Shown here piece by piece: positions 17,698 through 26,554 of a stretch of DNA of 32,000 nt. Numbering within the stretch: the first letter of the stretch is position 1; each line of letters begins with the position of its first letter. Below the pieces are notes generated by a model, which ran no database searches, was not told the DNA's origin, and saw nothing but the letters and a program-made list of their open reading frames with translations. The position numbers and the translations under genes were made by a program. Source of the DNA: Corynebacterium amycolatum (GTDB taxonomy: Bacteria > Actinomycetota > Actinomycetes > Mycobacteriales > Mycobacteriaceae); NCBI RefSeq assembly GCF_049243625.1, contig NZ_CP046975.1; one strand, written 5' to 3'.

Positions 17698-18615
17698 CTA
17701 GTTCCGAATGGTCACCTGACGGGACACGATGGTCTCACGGGACTTACGCTCCTCGGCGGTCAGCGGCTCTTCGCTGGCCAGCGCCTCAGCGATACGCTTG
17801 TCGGCCTCTTCCACGGCAGCAATCCAGTGGTCGTGCGGCTTGGTGTTATCCAGGTCCCAGACCGGCACCAGCACGCCATCGGTACGGAAGACACCGGCGA
17901 ACTTCGTGCCCTCGCCCAGCGAGAGGTTGTCCGCAGCGTGCACGCGTGCCAAGGCATCCAGCAGCGGCTTCTCATCTTCACGACGCACCCAGCGGATGTG
18001 GGCGCGCTCGCCCGGATCAATCCACCACACAGCACCAGCGGCCTTCGCATCCAGGCGGTATGACGGGAGAATCGCGTCGTTAGCCACGGCCAGGTTCTGC
18101 TCGATCATCGGGGTGCGTTCAATGCCCTTGGGAATCCACCACTCGAAGTCCTGGTGGACCTCCATGTTGTCGAGATCCACGGCGGTCAGGACGTCGGTAA
18201 GCGGTGCAGCCTCGCCGTCAGTAGCGGCCGAGAGCTGCTGACCCGGCTCTGCATCGCGAGCCCATGCCAGCGCACGGGAGAGATCCGCAGCGCCGTCATT
18301 GGTGCGAGCCTGCGTCTGCAGCGCGACGAAAGCCTCATTGCCCTGGTCAGCGGCACGCGTCAGTGCGGCTACGCCACCCGGCAGCACGGTGCAGAGCTTG
18401 ATGTCACGCTCAGCGTCAGCGACCGTGACCGGAATGACCACAGCCGGAGCGAACTCGCGGACAGCCACGATGTCAGCCTCTTCGTCGAAGTCTTTGAACG
18501 GACGCGGATTGCCCAGCAACGCTGCACGCTCAGCAGCGCGGGCTGCCAGCTTCGCCTGACGGCGGCTCATGCCCTCCGGGGCCTGATTATTCTTCTTACG
18601 AGATTTCTTTCCCAC
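17698..18615 (-). CDS. Conserved actinobacterial protein of unknown function (possibly DUF5926-like)
   Basis: 305 aa, GTG start, basic N-terminus MGKKSRKKNNQAPEGMSRRQAKLAARAAERA followed by a soluble-looking domain. The family assignment is from memory only. Confidence 0.65.
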   Translation of the reverse strand: MGKKSRKKNNQAPEGMSRRQAKLAARAAERAALLGNPRPFKDFDEEADIVAVREFAPAVVIPVTVADAERDIKLCTVLPGGVAALTRAADQGNEAFVALQTQARTNDGAADLSRALAWARDAEPGQQLSAATDGEAAPLTDVLTAVDLDNMEVHQDFEWWIPKGIERTPMIEQNLAVANDAILPSYRLDAKAAGAVWWIDPGERAHIRWVRREDEKPLLDALARVHAADNLSLGEGTKFAGVFRTDGVLVPVWDLDNTKPHDHWIAAVEEADKRIAEALASEEPLTAEERKSRETIVSRQVTIRN

Positions 18616-18663
18616 AAGGCCACAGAATACCTATTCGCAGTCCGTAATTCGCGACTGCCTGGG

Positions 18664-19542
18664 CTACTTATAAAAATCGTCGACGAATTCGCTCGCCGTT
18701 CCTTCGAAAAGCTGCTTGTCGACGGCCAACGCGCCCGCCTCCCCTTGTTCATCGGTAGCTTCGCTGGGGATGAAGCCCTTGGACCAAAAACCGGGCTGGG
18801 TGCACTCGCGACCTGCCCCAACGGGAATGTTGCGATGCACTTCCTCGGGAGCCAACACGTAGCGGAGTAGCCGCGCCGTAAGGGCAGTTGTCACACAAGC
18901 TAAAACAGTGATGATTCCGGCCTGGAAGTATGTCCTGGACACGTCGGCAGCGATAAACCAACCCGTTGCAAGGGGCCACAAAACGCAGGCCAGATACCAG
19001 ATAAAGCGACCTGGCCTCATTACGGCAGTGACTCCTGTTTCAGCCAACGCGACCACGGGCCCCGTGATGTTGCGCACTGGCCACATGTGCATCGTGCGCA
19101 CATCCGTTGCCGTGCGCGACAGCAGTGGGCGGGCATACGTTGCGCGGTCACGCAGCACCTGGAGAGTCTTGTAGACCGAAAAACCCAGACCAATGAGGGA
19201 AACCATTCCGCAGAGACCGAAAGCCCATGCTCCCAATTCGCCGAGGAGGGAAACCACCAAATCCTGGCCGGGGCTCAGGATGCTCATCCAGATGAATACG
19301 GTAAATGCGGCGAATACTCCGGCGCCGCTCATTGCCCATCGAAAGACGCTGTCCGCACGCTTGCGAACAATCTCATCGGCCTTCCAGCGCGGCGTCGCAC
19401 CTGTGATGGCCGAATCCGAGACAGTCGGCTGCCAGCTCTGCTGCGGTGGCAGCACCACCTGAGGTGGGGACTGCTGTGGCTGCTGTTTTGGAGACTGCGG
19501 CGGCACAGCCCACCCCGCGTTTTCTGCCTGTTCATTAGACAT
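18664..19542 (-). CDS. Membrane protein of unknown function with a Pro/Gln-rich N-terminus
   Basis: 292 aa. AGAGGAG ribosome-binding site about 11 nt upstream of the ATG. N-terminal PPQSPKQQPQQSPPQVVLPPQQSWQP, then about four hydrophobic helices. No motif I recognise. Confidence 0.65.
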   Translation of the reverse strand: MSNEQAENAGWAVPPQSPKQQPQQSPPQVVLPPQQSWQPTVSDSAITGATPRWKADEIVRKRADSVFRWAMSGAGVFAAFTVFIWMSILSPGQDLVVSLLGELGAWAFGLCGMVSLIGLGFSVYKTLQVLRDRATYARPLLSRTATDVRTMHMWPVRNITGPVVALAETGVTAVMRPGRFIWYLACVLWPLATGWFIAADVSRTYFQAGIITVLACVTTALTARLLRYVLAPEEVHRNIPVGAGRECTQPGFWSKGFIPSEATDEQGEAGALAVDKQLFEGTASEFVDDFYK

Positions 19543-19660
19543 TTTCCGCAGGGCTCCTCTCGTACGCGCGGCCGGCTTCTTCCGCAGTCTTTTCTCCCAC
19601 GGTGTTTTTAGGTGCGCTCCCCCTAACCTACCTAAACTAGCCCGGCCCCTAACCCAGCCA

Positions 19661-21628
19661 CTAGTCCGACCAGCTGCGAATCTTCCGCAGCATGATGCGG
19701 CTCTTACGCTGCGAACGCCCCATCTTCCGGGCCAGGTTGTTCAAAATCGCGATGGCCTCGGTAATATGCGGCCCCTTGTTCAGCATCACGCACTCGGCAC
19801 GCAGGGCGAAGGCCGCATCGGTAATCTCCGCGCGGGACGGCAGGCCGGCCTTGGCCATGTTCTCCAGCACCTGAGTACCCAGAATGGTCGGCACACCGGC
19901 TGCCTGCGCCAGCGTCAGAATCTGGCCTGGGACCTCACCCATACGGTCGAAGCCCAGCTCCACAGCCAGGTCACCACGAGCAATCATCAGACCGGACTTG
20001 GCGCGCTTCATGCTGGCGATGATGATTCCCGGCAGATTCTGGAATGCCGGAATAGTCTCAATCTTCAGCACAACACCCAGATTCCGAGCCTTCGACGCCA
20101 GGTCCTCGCGGCCCGCAGCCTCATGTTCTGCCGTAATCTCATCGAGCACCTTGTAGACGTACTCAGCATCCCCCTGCGTGCGAATAAAGCTCACCGCAGC
20201 AATATCCGCATGCTCCACCACAAAGCGCAGGTGCTCAATGTCTTCGTCGGTAAGCGAATTGAGCGGCAGGTCGGTGTTCGGCAGATTGATGCCCTTATGC
20301 GCCGCCAGCGGCTGACCATTCGGCTTCGTACGCAGGACACGCAGCCGGGCATCGACGTGACTATCTTCGCTTGACGACGTCTCGGAGACCTCAACCACCT
20401 CAGCGCCAAGTGCACCGTCGTCGAAAAGTACCGGATCGCCCGGTTTCAGAGCCGCCACGGCAGACGGCAGCGAACAGGAGACGCGTGGAATTTCATCGTC
20501 GGTGCGTGGAATGGTGGTGATTTCCTCACGGCTGGTGAGAATAAACTCATCCCCAGTGTGGAAACGCAGCTTTTGCACGGTCGGTGGCACACCACCAGCG
20601 CGCGTGACCTCGTAGTTGCTCCGCAGGTGTGTGCCCTCGGCGATCCACGCGTTCTTCTCCCCCTCGGCGAGGACAGCCTCGACCTCGCCCTCGGAGTCGG
20701 TGTCGATGCGCACAACGGTGAAGTGACGCTTGGCCGAGCGGGAGTCATGCAGCGTGATGACGTCCTCGAGCTGCAGCTGCTCCAACCACCCCTGATCTGC
20801 TTCCAGCGGCAGTGCGGGACGCCCCGGCAAATCGCTCGGAGCTGGCTTGGGGTGCTCATCCAGCCGTGGAGTCAGCCAAATCTTGGACTTGGAGATGACC
20901 GTGCCGGCGTCGTCACGCACAACACGGGCGCGCCCCACACGCGGCCCCGGTTCGATATCGCCCGTGCGCAGCTTCGGGCCAGCCAGATCCATGGACACGA
21001 AGATGCGGCGACCGGCCTTCTCAGCTGCAGCATTGACGTTGTCAATCATGCGGCTCCACTGCTCAGGGCCGTCGTGGGCGCAGTTGATGCGAGCGAGATC
21101 CATGCCAGCGGCAGCGAAGCTCTCCACCAACTCTGCATCGTCGGCGGCCTCGGCGGGCAGGGTCACCATAATGTGCGAAGTGACATCCGCGCGCTCCTGA
21201 CCGAACAGCTCGGTGGCGTTGTTATCCAGGGCAATATCCGCGCGCTCATCGTCGGCAATAATGCGGGCGACATCGATGTCTGAGGTGCGCCCCGCCAGCG
21301 CCAACAGCGCGTTGAGAGCGAGCTCAAGGCGCCCCCGGGTGAAAGTCTCCACCGTAGTCAGACTGGTCACGCCGAGGTCGTGCAAGCTGTTTTGCAGCTC
21401 ACGGATGTCAATTGTGCGCAGGTGTGCGTAGTGCAGCAGGTTTTCCGCGTGCCGACGGCGCTCCTCCGGCACCTCTGCGAGCAGTGCAGAAGCCTCCACC
21501 GAAACGTCGTCCAACTCTGTGATCAGATCAGTGACCTTGCTGATGAGGTCATCCAGACGCGGTACGGCCGCGCCGCTTTCAGTGTTGTCAGTTGCTGTTG
21601 CTGTGTCTTGAGGGCTCTGCGCTGCCAT
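19661..21628 (-). CDS. Pyruvate kinase-like protein (long N-terminal extension, no C-terminal regulatory domain)
   Basis: 655 aa with AGGAG upstream. PK core motifs: MDLARINCAHDG, KGINLPNTDLPLNSLTDEDIEHLRF, LKIETIPAFQNLPGII, MIARGDLAVELGF, GTQVLENM, PSRAEITDAAFAL. Position next to ldh matches the C. glutamicum pyk2-type gene as I recall it. Confidence 0.85.
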   Translation of the reverse strand: MAAQSPQDTATATDNTESGAAVPRLDDLISKVTDLITELDDVSVEASALLAEVPEERRRHAENLLHYAHLRTIDIRELQNSLHDLGVTSLTTVETFTRGRLELALNALLALAGRTSDIDVARIIADDERADIALDNNATELFGQERADVTSHIMVTLPAEAADDAELVESFAAAGMDLARINCAHDGPEQWSRMIDNVNAAAEKAGRRIFVSMDLAGPKLRTGDIEPGPRVGRARVVRDDAGTVISKSKIWLTPRLDEHPKPAPSDLPGRPALPLEADQGWLEQLQLEDVITLHDSRSAKRHFTVVRIDTDSEGEVEAVLAEGEKNAWIAEGTHLRSNYEVTRAGGVPPTVQKLRFHTGDEFILTSREEITTIPRTDDEIPRVSCSLPSAVAALKPGDPVLFDDGALGAEVVEVSETSSSEDSHVDARLRVLRTKPNGQPLAAHKGINLPNTDLPLNSLTDEDIEHLRFVVEHADIAAVSFIRTQGDAEYVYKVLDEITAEHEAAGREDLASKARNLGVVLKIETIPAFQNLPGIIIASMKRAKSGLMIARGDLAVELGFDRMGEVPGQILTLAQAAGVPTILGTQVLENMAKAGLPSRAEITDAAFALRAECVMLNKGPHITEAIAILNNLARKMGRSQRKSRIMLRKIRSWSD

Positions 21629-21766
21629 AGAGAAGGCACTCCTGTGTTTAAGACGAAGCGTTGGCCAGAGTCGGCCACGCGGGCCAATAGAAGGTGGGCA
21701 TTCTCATTCTCAAATGAGACGGCCGAAAGCGCATGTCGAGAAGACATCTGCTCTCGCTACCAGCAG

Positions 21767-22714
21767 TTACTTCCAGAATGGATCCTGCACATCTCGGAGC
21801 GTCTGAATGGACTTGTCCAGCTGCTTCTTTTCGTATTCGTCCAGCTCAAGCTCGATAACGCGGCGAATTCCTCGACGGTTCACAATGGCGGGTGTTCCGA
21901 TGAACACGTCCTCATGACCGTATTCACCTTGCAAGTATGCGGAGACCGGCAGAGCTACCTCTTGGTTCTGGAAAATGGCGCGCGTAATGCGGGCCAGACC
22001 CATACCGATTCCGTAGGAAGTGGAGCCCTTGGCATCGATAATCTCGTAGGCGGCATCACGGGTTCGGATGAAGATGTCCTCCAGCTCGTCGTGAAGCGCG
22101 GGGTCGGCGGCGAGGCGCTTGGACAGACTGACGCCTGCAACGTTGGCGCTGGACAACACCGGCAGCTCGGAGTCGCCGTGTTCACCAATGATGTATGCGT
22201 GCACGCTCATCGGGGAAACATCGTAGTATTCACCCAGCATGTAACGGAAACGTGCGGAGTCCAAGATGGTGCCGGAGCCGAAGACACGGTTGTGTGGCAG
22301 CCCGGAGTACTTCCACGCGGCGTATGTGAGTACGTCGACGGGGTTGGAGGCGATCAGTAGGAGCCCATCAAAACCGCTGGCCATGACGGAATCGACGATG
22401 GACTTCATAATTTTCATATTCTTGTCCACCAGCTGTAGGCGAGTCTCGCCGGGCTTTTGTGCTGCGCCTGCACAGATGACTACCAGCGCGGCATCGTCAC
22501 AGTCGGCGTACGTGCCCTGAGTGACTTTGGTGCGCGACGACGCCCACACGACGCCATGGTTTAAGTCCATGACGTTGCCCATCGTCTTCTTTTCGTCGAT
22601 GTCAATGATTGCCAAATGGTCGACAGTGCCTTGGTTGACCAGCGAGTACGCATATGCCACGCCGACGTCGCCAGCGCCGATCAGCACGACCTTATTTCCT
22701 GTGGATAGCTTCAT
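21767..22714 (-). CDS. ldh: L-lactate dehydrogenase
   Basis: 315 aa. Rossmann motif [18 protein letters not shown], substrate/catalytic region [13 protein letters not shown] and [12 protein letters not shown]. Confidence 0.96.
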   Translation of the reverse strand: MKLSTGNKVVLIGAGDVGVAYAYSLVNQGTVDHLAIIDIDEKKTMGNVMDLNHGVVWASSRTKVTQGTYADCDDAALVVICAGAAQKPGETRLQLVDKNMKIMKSIVDSVMASGFDGLLLIASNPVDVLTYAAWKYSGLPHNRVFGSGTILDSARFRYMLGEYYDVSPMSVHAYIIGEHGDSELPVLSSANVAGVSLSKRLAADPALHDELEDIFIRTRDAAYEIIDAKGSTSYGIGMGLARITRAIFQNQEVALPVSAYLQGEYGHEDVFIGTPAIVNRRGIRRVIELELDEYEKKQLDKSIQTLRDVQDPFWK

Positions 22715-22824
22715 AACCCTCGGATCCTTCTCAACCGATTCGGAAAACGTTGCGACACCCCACAGGCTACGCTTTGTGCGGAAAACTGGCGCGAGATGAA
22801 TAAACCCCGAGGAAAAAATTTGCC

Positions 22825-24801
22825 ATGATGGGAGTTATGGGATTCCTGCGTCGCGCATTTACTTCGATTGCGCCCTCGATTGCGTCTACGGGCAACACAC
22901 CTGTAGCTCAGCCAATCGAAACCACCAGGACAGTGCGAGCTGCACGAGCAGCGCGAACGGGAATTGCAAGAGTCGCTGGCACAGCTGGCATGGCCAAAGC
23001 GCTGGGCGCAGTCGGCACCGGCAGTCTGATGGCTACCAAAGTCTTTCGCGAACGCCTCCTAGGTACCGGCCCTGGCACTATCCGCAGCGCACTGCGGGCG
23101 GGCATCCCCTCCAACCCCGGTCTAATTGGTGCAGAAATTGCGTCATGGGCTGCCTTTAGCCCCTCGCTGATGCCGCGTACTCGGACCGCCACCGTTACTG
23201 TGACCTTCCTGGCACAGTTGGCGGGCCATGTCACCGGGGTGGCTATCGGCTATGGCTACAACACGACGATGCGGCGTCTGGCCAGCACTCCGCTCAACCG
23301 CTTTGCGCCGGCACCTCGACACGAGCGCGCACTGGCCGTGACCTGGCATGTTGCCACCACGGCCACCACCGCGGCGCTGTGGCTGCGCTCTATTTCCCAG
23401 CAGCGCGAAATTGGCCGACTGGTGGGCAAGGATGAGCAGGAATCCGCACGCAGCCAGTTCGCTTCCACAATGATTGCCAGTGGTCTCTACCTGACCACTC
23501 GGGGGCTCTCCGCGCTGGCCAATCGCGGCTATGACTTACTGCGGGACAACCTCCGCCCCTGGCTGCCGCGCGGTCTCGCCCCGGTTCTCAGCGGTGCCAT
23601 CGTCGGTGGTGCCGTGGCCGCCAGCATTGACCGACTGCTTATCCGTCGGACTTTGGAGTCCATCGCCAAGAAGTCCCGATACCTGAATACCCTGGTAGTT
23701 CCAGGCCGCATGCAGCCCTGGGAGCCGGAACGTTCCGGAAGTCCATGGTCTTTGGAGCCGTGGTACGCACTCGGCGCCGAGGGGCGCGTCTTCGTCGCCG
23801 AAGGCCCCCGTGCCCGAGATTTGGCGGTGGTCACTGGCAAGCCGCTCTCCGAACTGCAGGAACCCATCCGCATTTATGCGGGCAAGGTGCCAGGTCGTTC
23901 TCTGCGGGAACAGGCGGAGCTCATCATCCGCGAGATGCACCGCACCGGCGCGTTCCGGCGCGATCATCTGGTTGTCTTCACCACCACCGGCACCGGTTGG
24001 GTGCCACCGTGGTCGGCGCAGGCTGCAGAGTTCTTGACCCTTGGCAACTGCGCCACTGTCGCTCTGCAGTACTCTGACCTCCCCTCCCCAGTGGCATGGC
24101 TAACGGACCACGAAACCCCAATCGCGGCTGGCCACACCCTTATCCATCGGGTGTTGCAGGAAGTCGACAAGATGCCGGAGAACGACCGGCCAAAGGTCTA
24201 CGTCGCCGGTGAATCCCTCGGCGGGTTTGGCGGTCTCGGCGCATTCGAGAATTCCGCTGACATGCTCGCACGCGTCGACGGTGCTGTCTGGACGGGCGCA
24301 CCACAGTTCTCCGCAATGTGGAAAGAGCTGACGCACCGTCGGACAAAGGGGTCTCCGGAAATCGCTCCGGTCATCGACGAGGGGCGAAACATCCGCTTCG
24401 CTACGCGCCCCGACGAGCTGTACCACTCCTTCTATGTCACCAAGTTCGGGCCGTGGGAATTCCCGCGCGTCGCATTCCTGCAGCATGCCTCTGACCCCAT
24501 CGTCTGGTGGGATTACCCACTGGCCTGGCGCCGCCCCGACTGGCTTGCAGAGCGCGTCGGCCGCGATGTTCTCCCCTCCATGCGCTGGCACCCGTTCGTC
24601 ACCTTCTGGCAGGTGCTTATCGACGGCCTCGCCTCCGTCACCGTCCCCGGTGGTCACGGCCACCGGTACGAGGAAGAAATGCTGCCAACGTGGGCTTCCA
24701 TCCTCGACATTCCGCTTGACGACGACCTGGGTGGCGCAGCCGGAATGCGCTTCAAGCGCGTGAGTAAGTGGATTCGCCGCACTCAGCCGCCACGTTCATA
24801 A
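22825..24801 (+). CDS. Membrane-anchored alpha/beta-hydrolase-family protein (Abhydrolase_9-like), function unknown
   Basis: 658 aa with GAGGA 11 nt upstream of the ATG. The N-terminal third has several hydrophobic helices. The C-terminal part carries a nucleophile elbow GESLGGFG, and HGH/HASDP segments are consistent with a hydrolase fold. Confidence 0.7.
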   Translation: MMGVMGFLRRAFTSIAPSIASTGNTPVAQPIETTRTVRAARAARTGIARVAGTAGMAKALGAVGTGSLMATKVFRERLLGTGPGTIRSALRAGIPSNPGLIGAEIASWAAFSPSLMPRTRTATVTVTFLAQLAGHVTGVAIGYGYNTTMRRLASTPLNRFAPAPRHERALAVTWHVATTATTAALWLRSISQQREIGRLVGKDEQESARSQFASTMIASGLYLTTRGLSALANRGYDLLRDNLRPWLPRGLAPVLSGAIVGGAVAASIDRLLIRRTLESIAKKSRYLNTLVVPGRMQPWEPERSGSPWSLEPWYALGAEGRVFVAEGPRARDLAVVTGKPLSELQEPIRIYAGKVPGRSLREQAELIIREMHRTGAFRRDHLVVFTTTGTGWVPPWSAQAAEFLTLGNCATVALQYSDLPSPVAWLTDHETPIAAGHTLIHRVLQEVDKMPENDRPKVYVAGESLGGFGGLGAFENSADMLARVDGAVWTGAPQFSAMWKELTHRRTKGSPEIAPVIDEGRNIRFATRPDELYHSFYVTKFGPWEFPRVAFLQHASDPIVWWDYPLAWRRPDWLAERVGRDVLPSMRWHPFVTFWQVLIDGLASVTVPGGHGHRYEEEMLPTWASILDIPLDDDLGGAAGMRFKRVSKWIRRTQPPRS

Positions 24802-24937
24802 ACTTGTGACAGATATCCCTGAACAGCATTTTTTATGAATTTCGCATTAATTGTATTGCTTAAATGGTTGCGCATCCGCTCATCTTGAGTACCATCAACG
24901 GCACAACCTAAAAACGTGTTGAGGAGGAATTTTCCTA

Positions 24938-25534
24938 ATGACTAAGTACGAACTTCCTGAGCTGGATTACGCTTACGACGCTCTGGAGCCGCACATCTCC
25001 GGCGAGATTATGGAGCTGCACCACAGCAAGCACCACGCTAATTACGTCAACGGCGCCAACGCTGCTCTGGAGAAGCTCGCTGCTGCTCGCGAGTCCGGCG
25101 ACTTCGCAGCTGTTACCGGCCTGTCCAAGGACCTGGCCTTTAACCTGGGTGGCCACACCAACCACTCCCTGTTCTGGAAGCTGCTGTCCCCGAACGGTGG
25201 CGGCCAGCCGACCGGTGAGCTGGCTGAGGCTATCGAGCGCGACTTCGGCTCTTTCGAGAAGTTCCAGGCTCACTTCAACGCTGCTGCTCTGGGCCTGCAG
25301 GGCTCCGGCTGGGCTGTTCTGGGTTACGACACCATTGCAGAGCGCCTGGTTATTGAGCAGATGACTGATCAGCAGGGCAACCTGTCCATCAACCTGAAGC
25401 CGGTTCTGCTGCTGGATATGTGGGAGCACGCTTTCTACTTGCAGTACAAGAACGTCAAGGCTGACTACGTCAAGGCTGTCTGGAACGTCTTCAACTGGGA
25501 TTACGCTGCAGAGCTGTTCGCAGCTGCCAAGTAA
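24938..25534 (+). CDS. sodA: Superoxide dismutase (Mn/Fe family, Mn-type)
   Basis: 198 aa with a strong GAGGAGG ribosome-binding site. [30 protein letters not shown] and the metal-ligand motif [13 protein letters not shown]. Confidence 0.97.
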   Translation: MTKYELPELDYAYDALEPHISGEIMELHHSKHHANYVNGANAALEKLAAARESGDFAAVTGLSKDLAFNLGGHTNHSLFWKLLSPNGGGQPTGELAEAIERDFGSFEKFQAHFNAAALGLQGSGWAVLGYDTIAERLVIEQMTDQQGNLSINLKPVLLLDMWEHAFYLQYKNVKADYVKAVWNVFNWDYAAELFAAAK

Positions 25535-25546
25535 TTTCAGCTAACA

Positions 25547-25635
25547 GCGCGCGGCTTTTTACGCGTCCCTGCCGCGCGCTAAAGATGGCTTACCGGCTCG
25601 CTGACGGGACTTACCCTCAGCGGGTCGGTTTTTTG
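25547..25635 (+). terminator. Tandem hairpins / rho-independent terminator after sodA
   Basis: Hairpin 1: GCGCGCGGC (25547-25555) / GCCGCGCGC (25571-25579). Hairpin 2: CCGGCTCGCTGA (25593-25604) / TCAGCGGGTCGG (25617-25628), a 12-bp stem with two G-U pairs, followed by TTTTTTG. Confidence 0.75.
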
Positions 25636-25698
25636 TGTCTTGTTTGAGACCACTTTTGGTATTTCCCGGGCGGCACACGTATCCGTCGTTTAGCGTTA

Positions 25699-26550
25699 GT
25701 GCCCATGAACACCAGCAACAATGTCAACGTCGCCTATGAATACCTCGTCGTAGCTGATTCAGAGGCGGCGAAAATCGCTGTCGTCAGTTTGGACCGCGGA
25801 GACAAACTCAACGGTCTAACACTTGAGATGCTGACCGAGCTGTCCGCCGTCGCCCGGAAACTGGCAGCTGACCGTGATCTGCGTGGCGTGATCCTACGTG
25901 GCGAGGGCAAATCGTTTTGCGCTGGACTCGATTTCGCCTCGGCATTTAAGAAGCCCTCGCGCATCCTGCGCTCATTCGTCCCCGATATCCACGGCACGAA
26001 CCTGTTCCAGCGCGCCTGCTGGGACTGGCGACGCCTGCCGGTGCCGGTCATCGCGGCAGTGCATGGGCACTGCTACGGCGGTGGTCTACAGATTGCACTA
26101 GGTGCTGATTTCCGCATTACTACGAGCGATGCCAAGTGGTCAATCCTCGAAGCGAAGTGGGGACTGATTCCGGATATGTCCGGTATGCGAACCATCCTCG
26201 ATGAGGTCAGCGCCGATACTGCACGTTGGCTGACCATGTCTGGCGAAGAACTCAACGGCAAGGAAGCAACTGAGATTGGTCTGGCGACGTGGGCCGTGGA
26301 CACGGAGGACGCTGCACTTGAGCTGTCCAAGGAGAAGTTGGCACAGCTGGCGACACGCTCGCCGGATCAGCTGGCGGCGACGAAGCGGCTTTTCCGCGAT
26401 GTGCACCGCTCTCCTCGCGCAACATTCCGTGCCGAGCGCACACAGCAGCTGCTGCTATTAGCCCGCAAGAACACGGCCATTATTCGCGATGCTGCGATGA
26501 AGAAGGTCTCACCTAAGTTCGCCCGGCGCGGCACGTGGGCGCGTGGTTAG
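25699..26550 (+). CDS. Enoyl-CoA hydratase/isomerase (crotonase) family protein
   Basis: 283 aa. Crotonase oxyanion motifs GKSFCAGLDF and AAVHGHCYGGGLQIALGADFRI. Start is GTG 25699 or ATG 25705. Confidence 0.88.
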   Translation: MPMNTSNNVNVAYEYLVVADSEAAKIAVVSLDRGDKLNGLTLEMLTELSAVARKLAADRDLRGVILRGEGKSFCAGLDFASAFKKPSRILRSFVPDIHGTNLFQRACWDWRRLPVPVIAAVHGHCYGGGLQIALGADFRITTSDAKWSILEAKWGLIPDMSGMRTILDEVSADTARWLTMSGEELNGKEATEIGLATWAVDTEDAALELSKEKLAQLATRSPDQLAATKRLFRDVHRSPRATFRAERTQQLLLLARKNTAIIRDAAMKKVSPKFARRGTWARG

Positions 26551-26554
26551 CGCG

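Noticed and set aside
21380-22360. 326-aa plus-strand ORF spanning the ldh / PK-like junction
   Set aside because: Antisense to two strongly supported genes, and it runs through their intergenic region. No motif support.
22741-22786. 8-bp direct repeat CGGAAAAC (22741-22748 and 22779-22786) in the ldh / hydrolase divergent promoter
   Set aside because: An 8-mer recurring once in about 110 bp is not far from chance expectation. I could not match it to a known LldR/SugR-type operator pattern.
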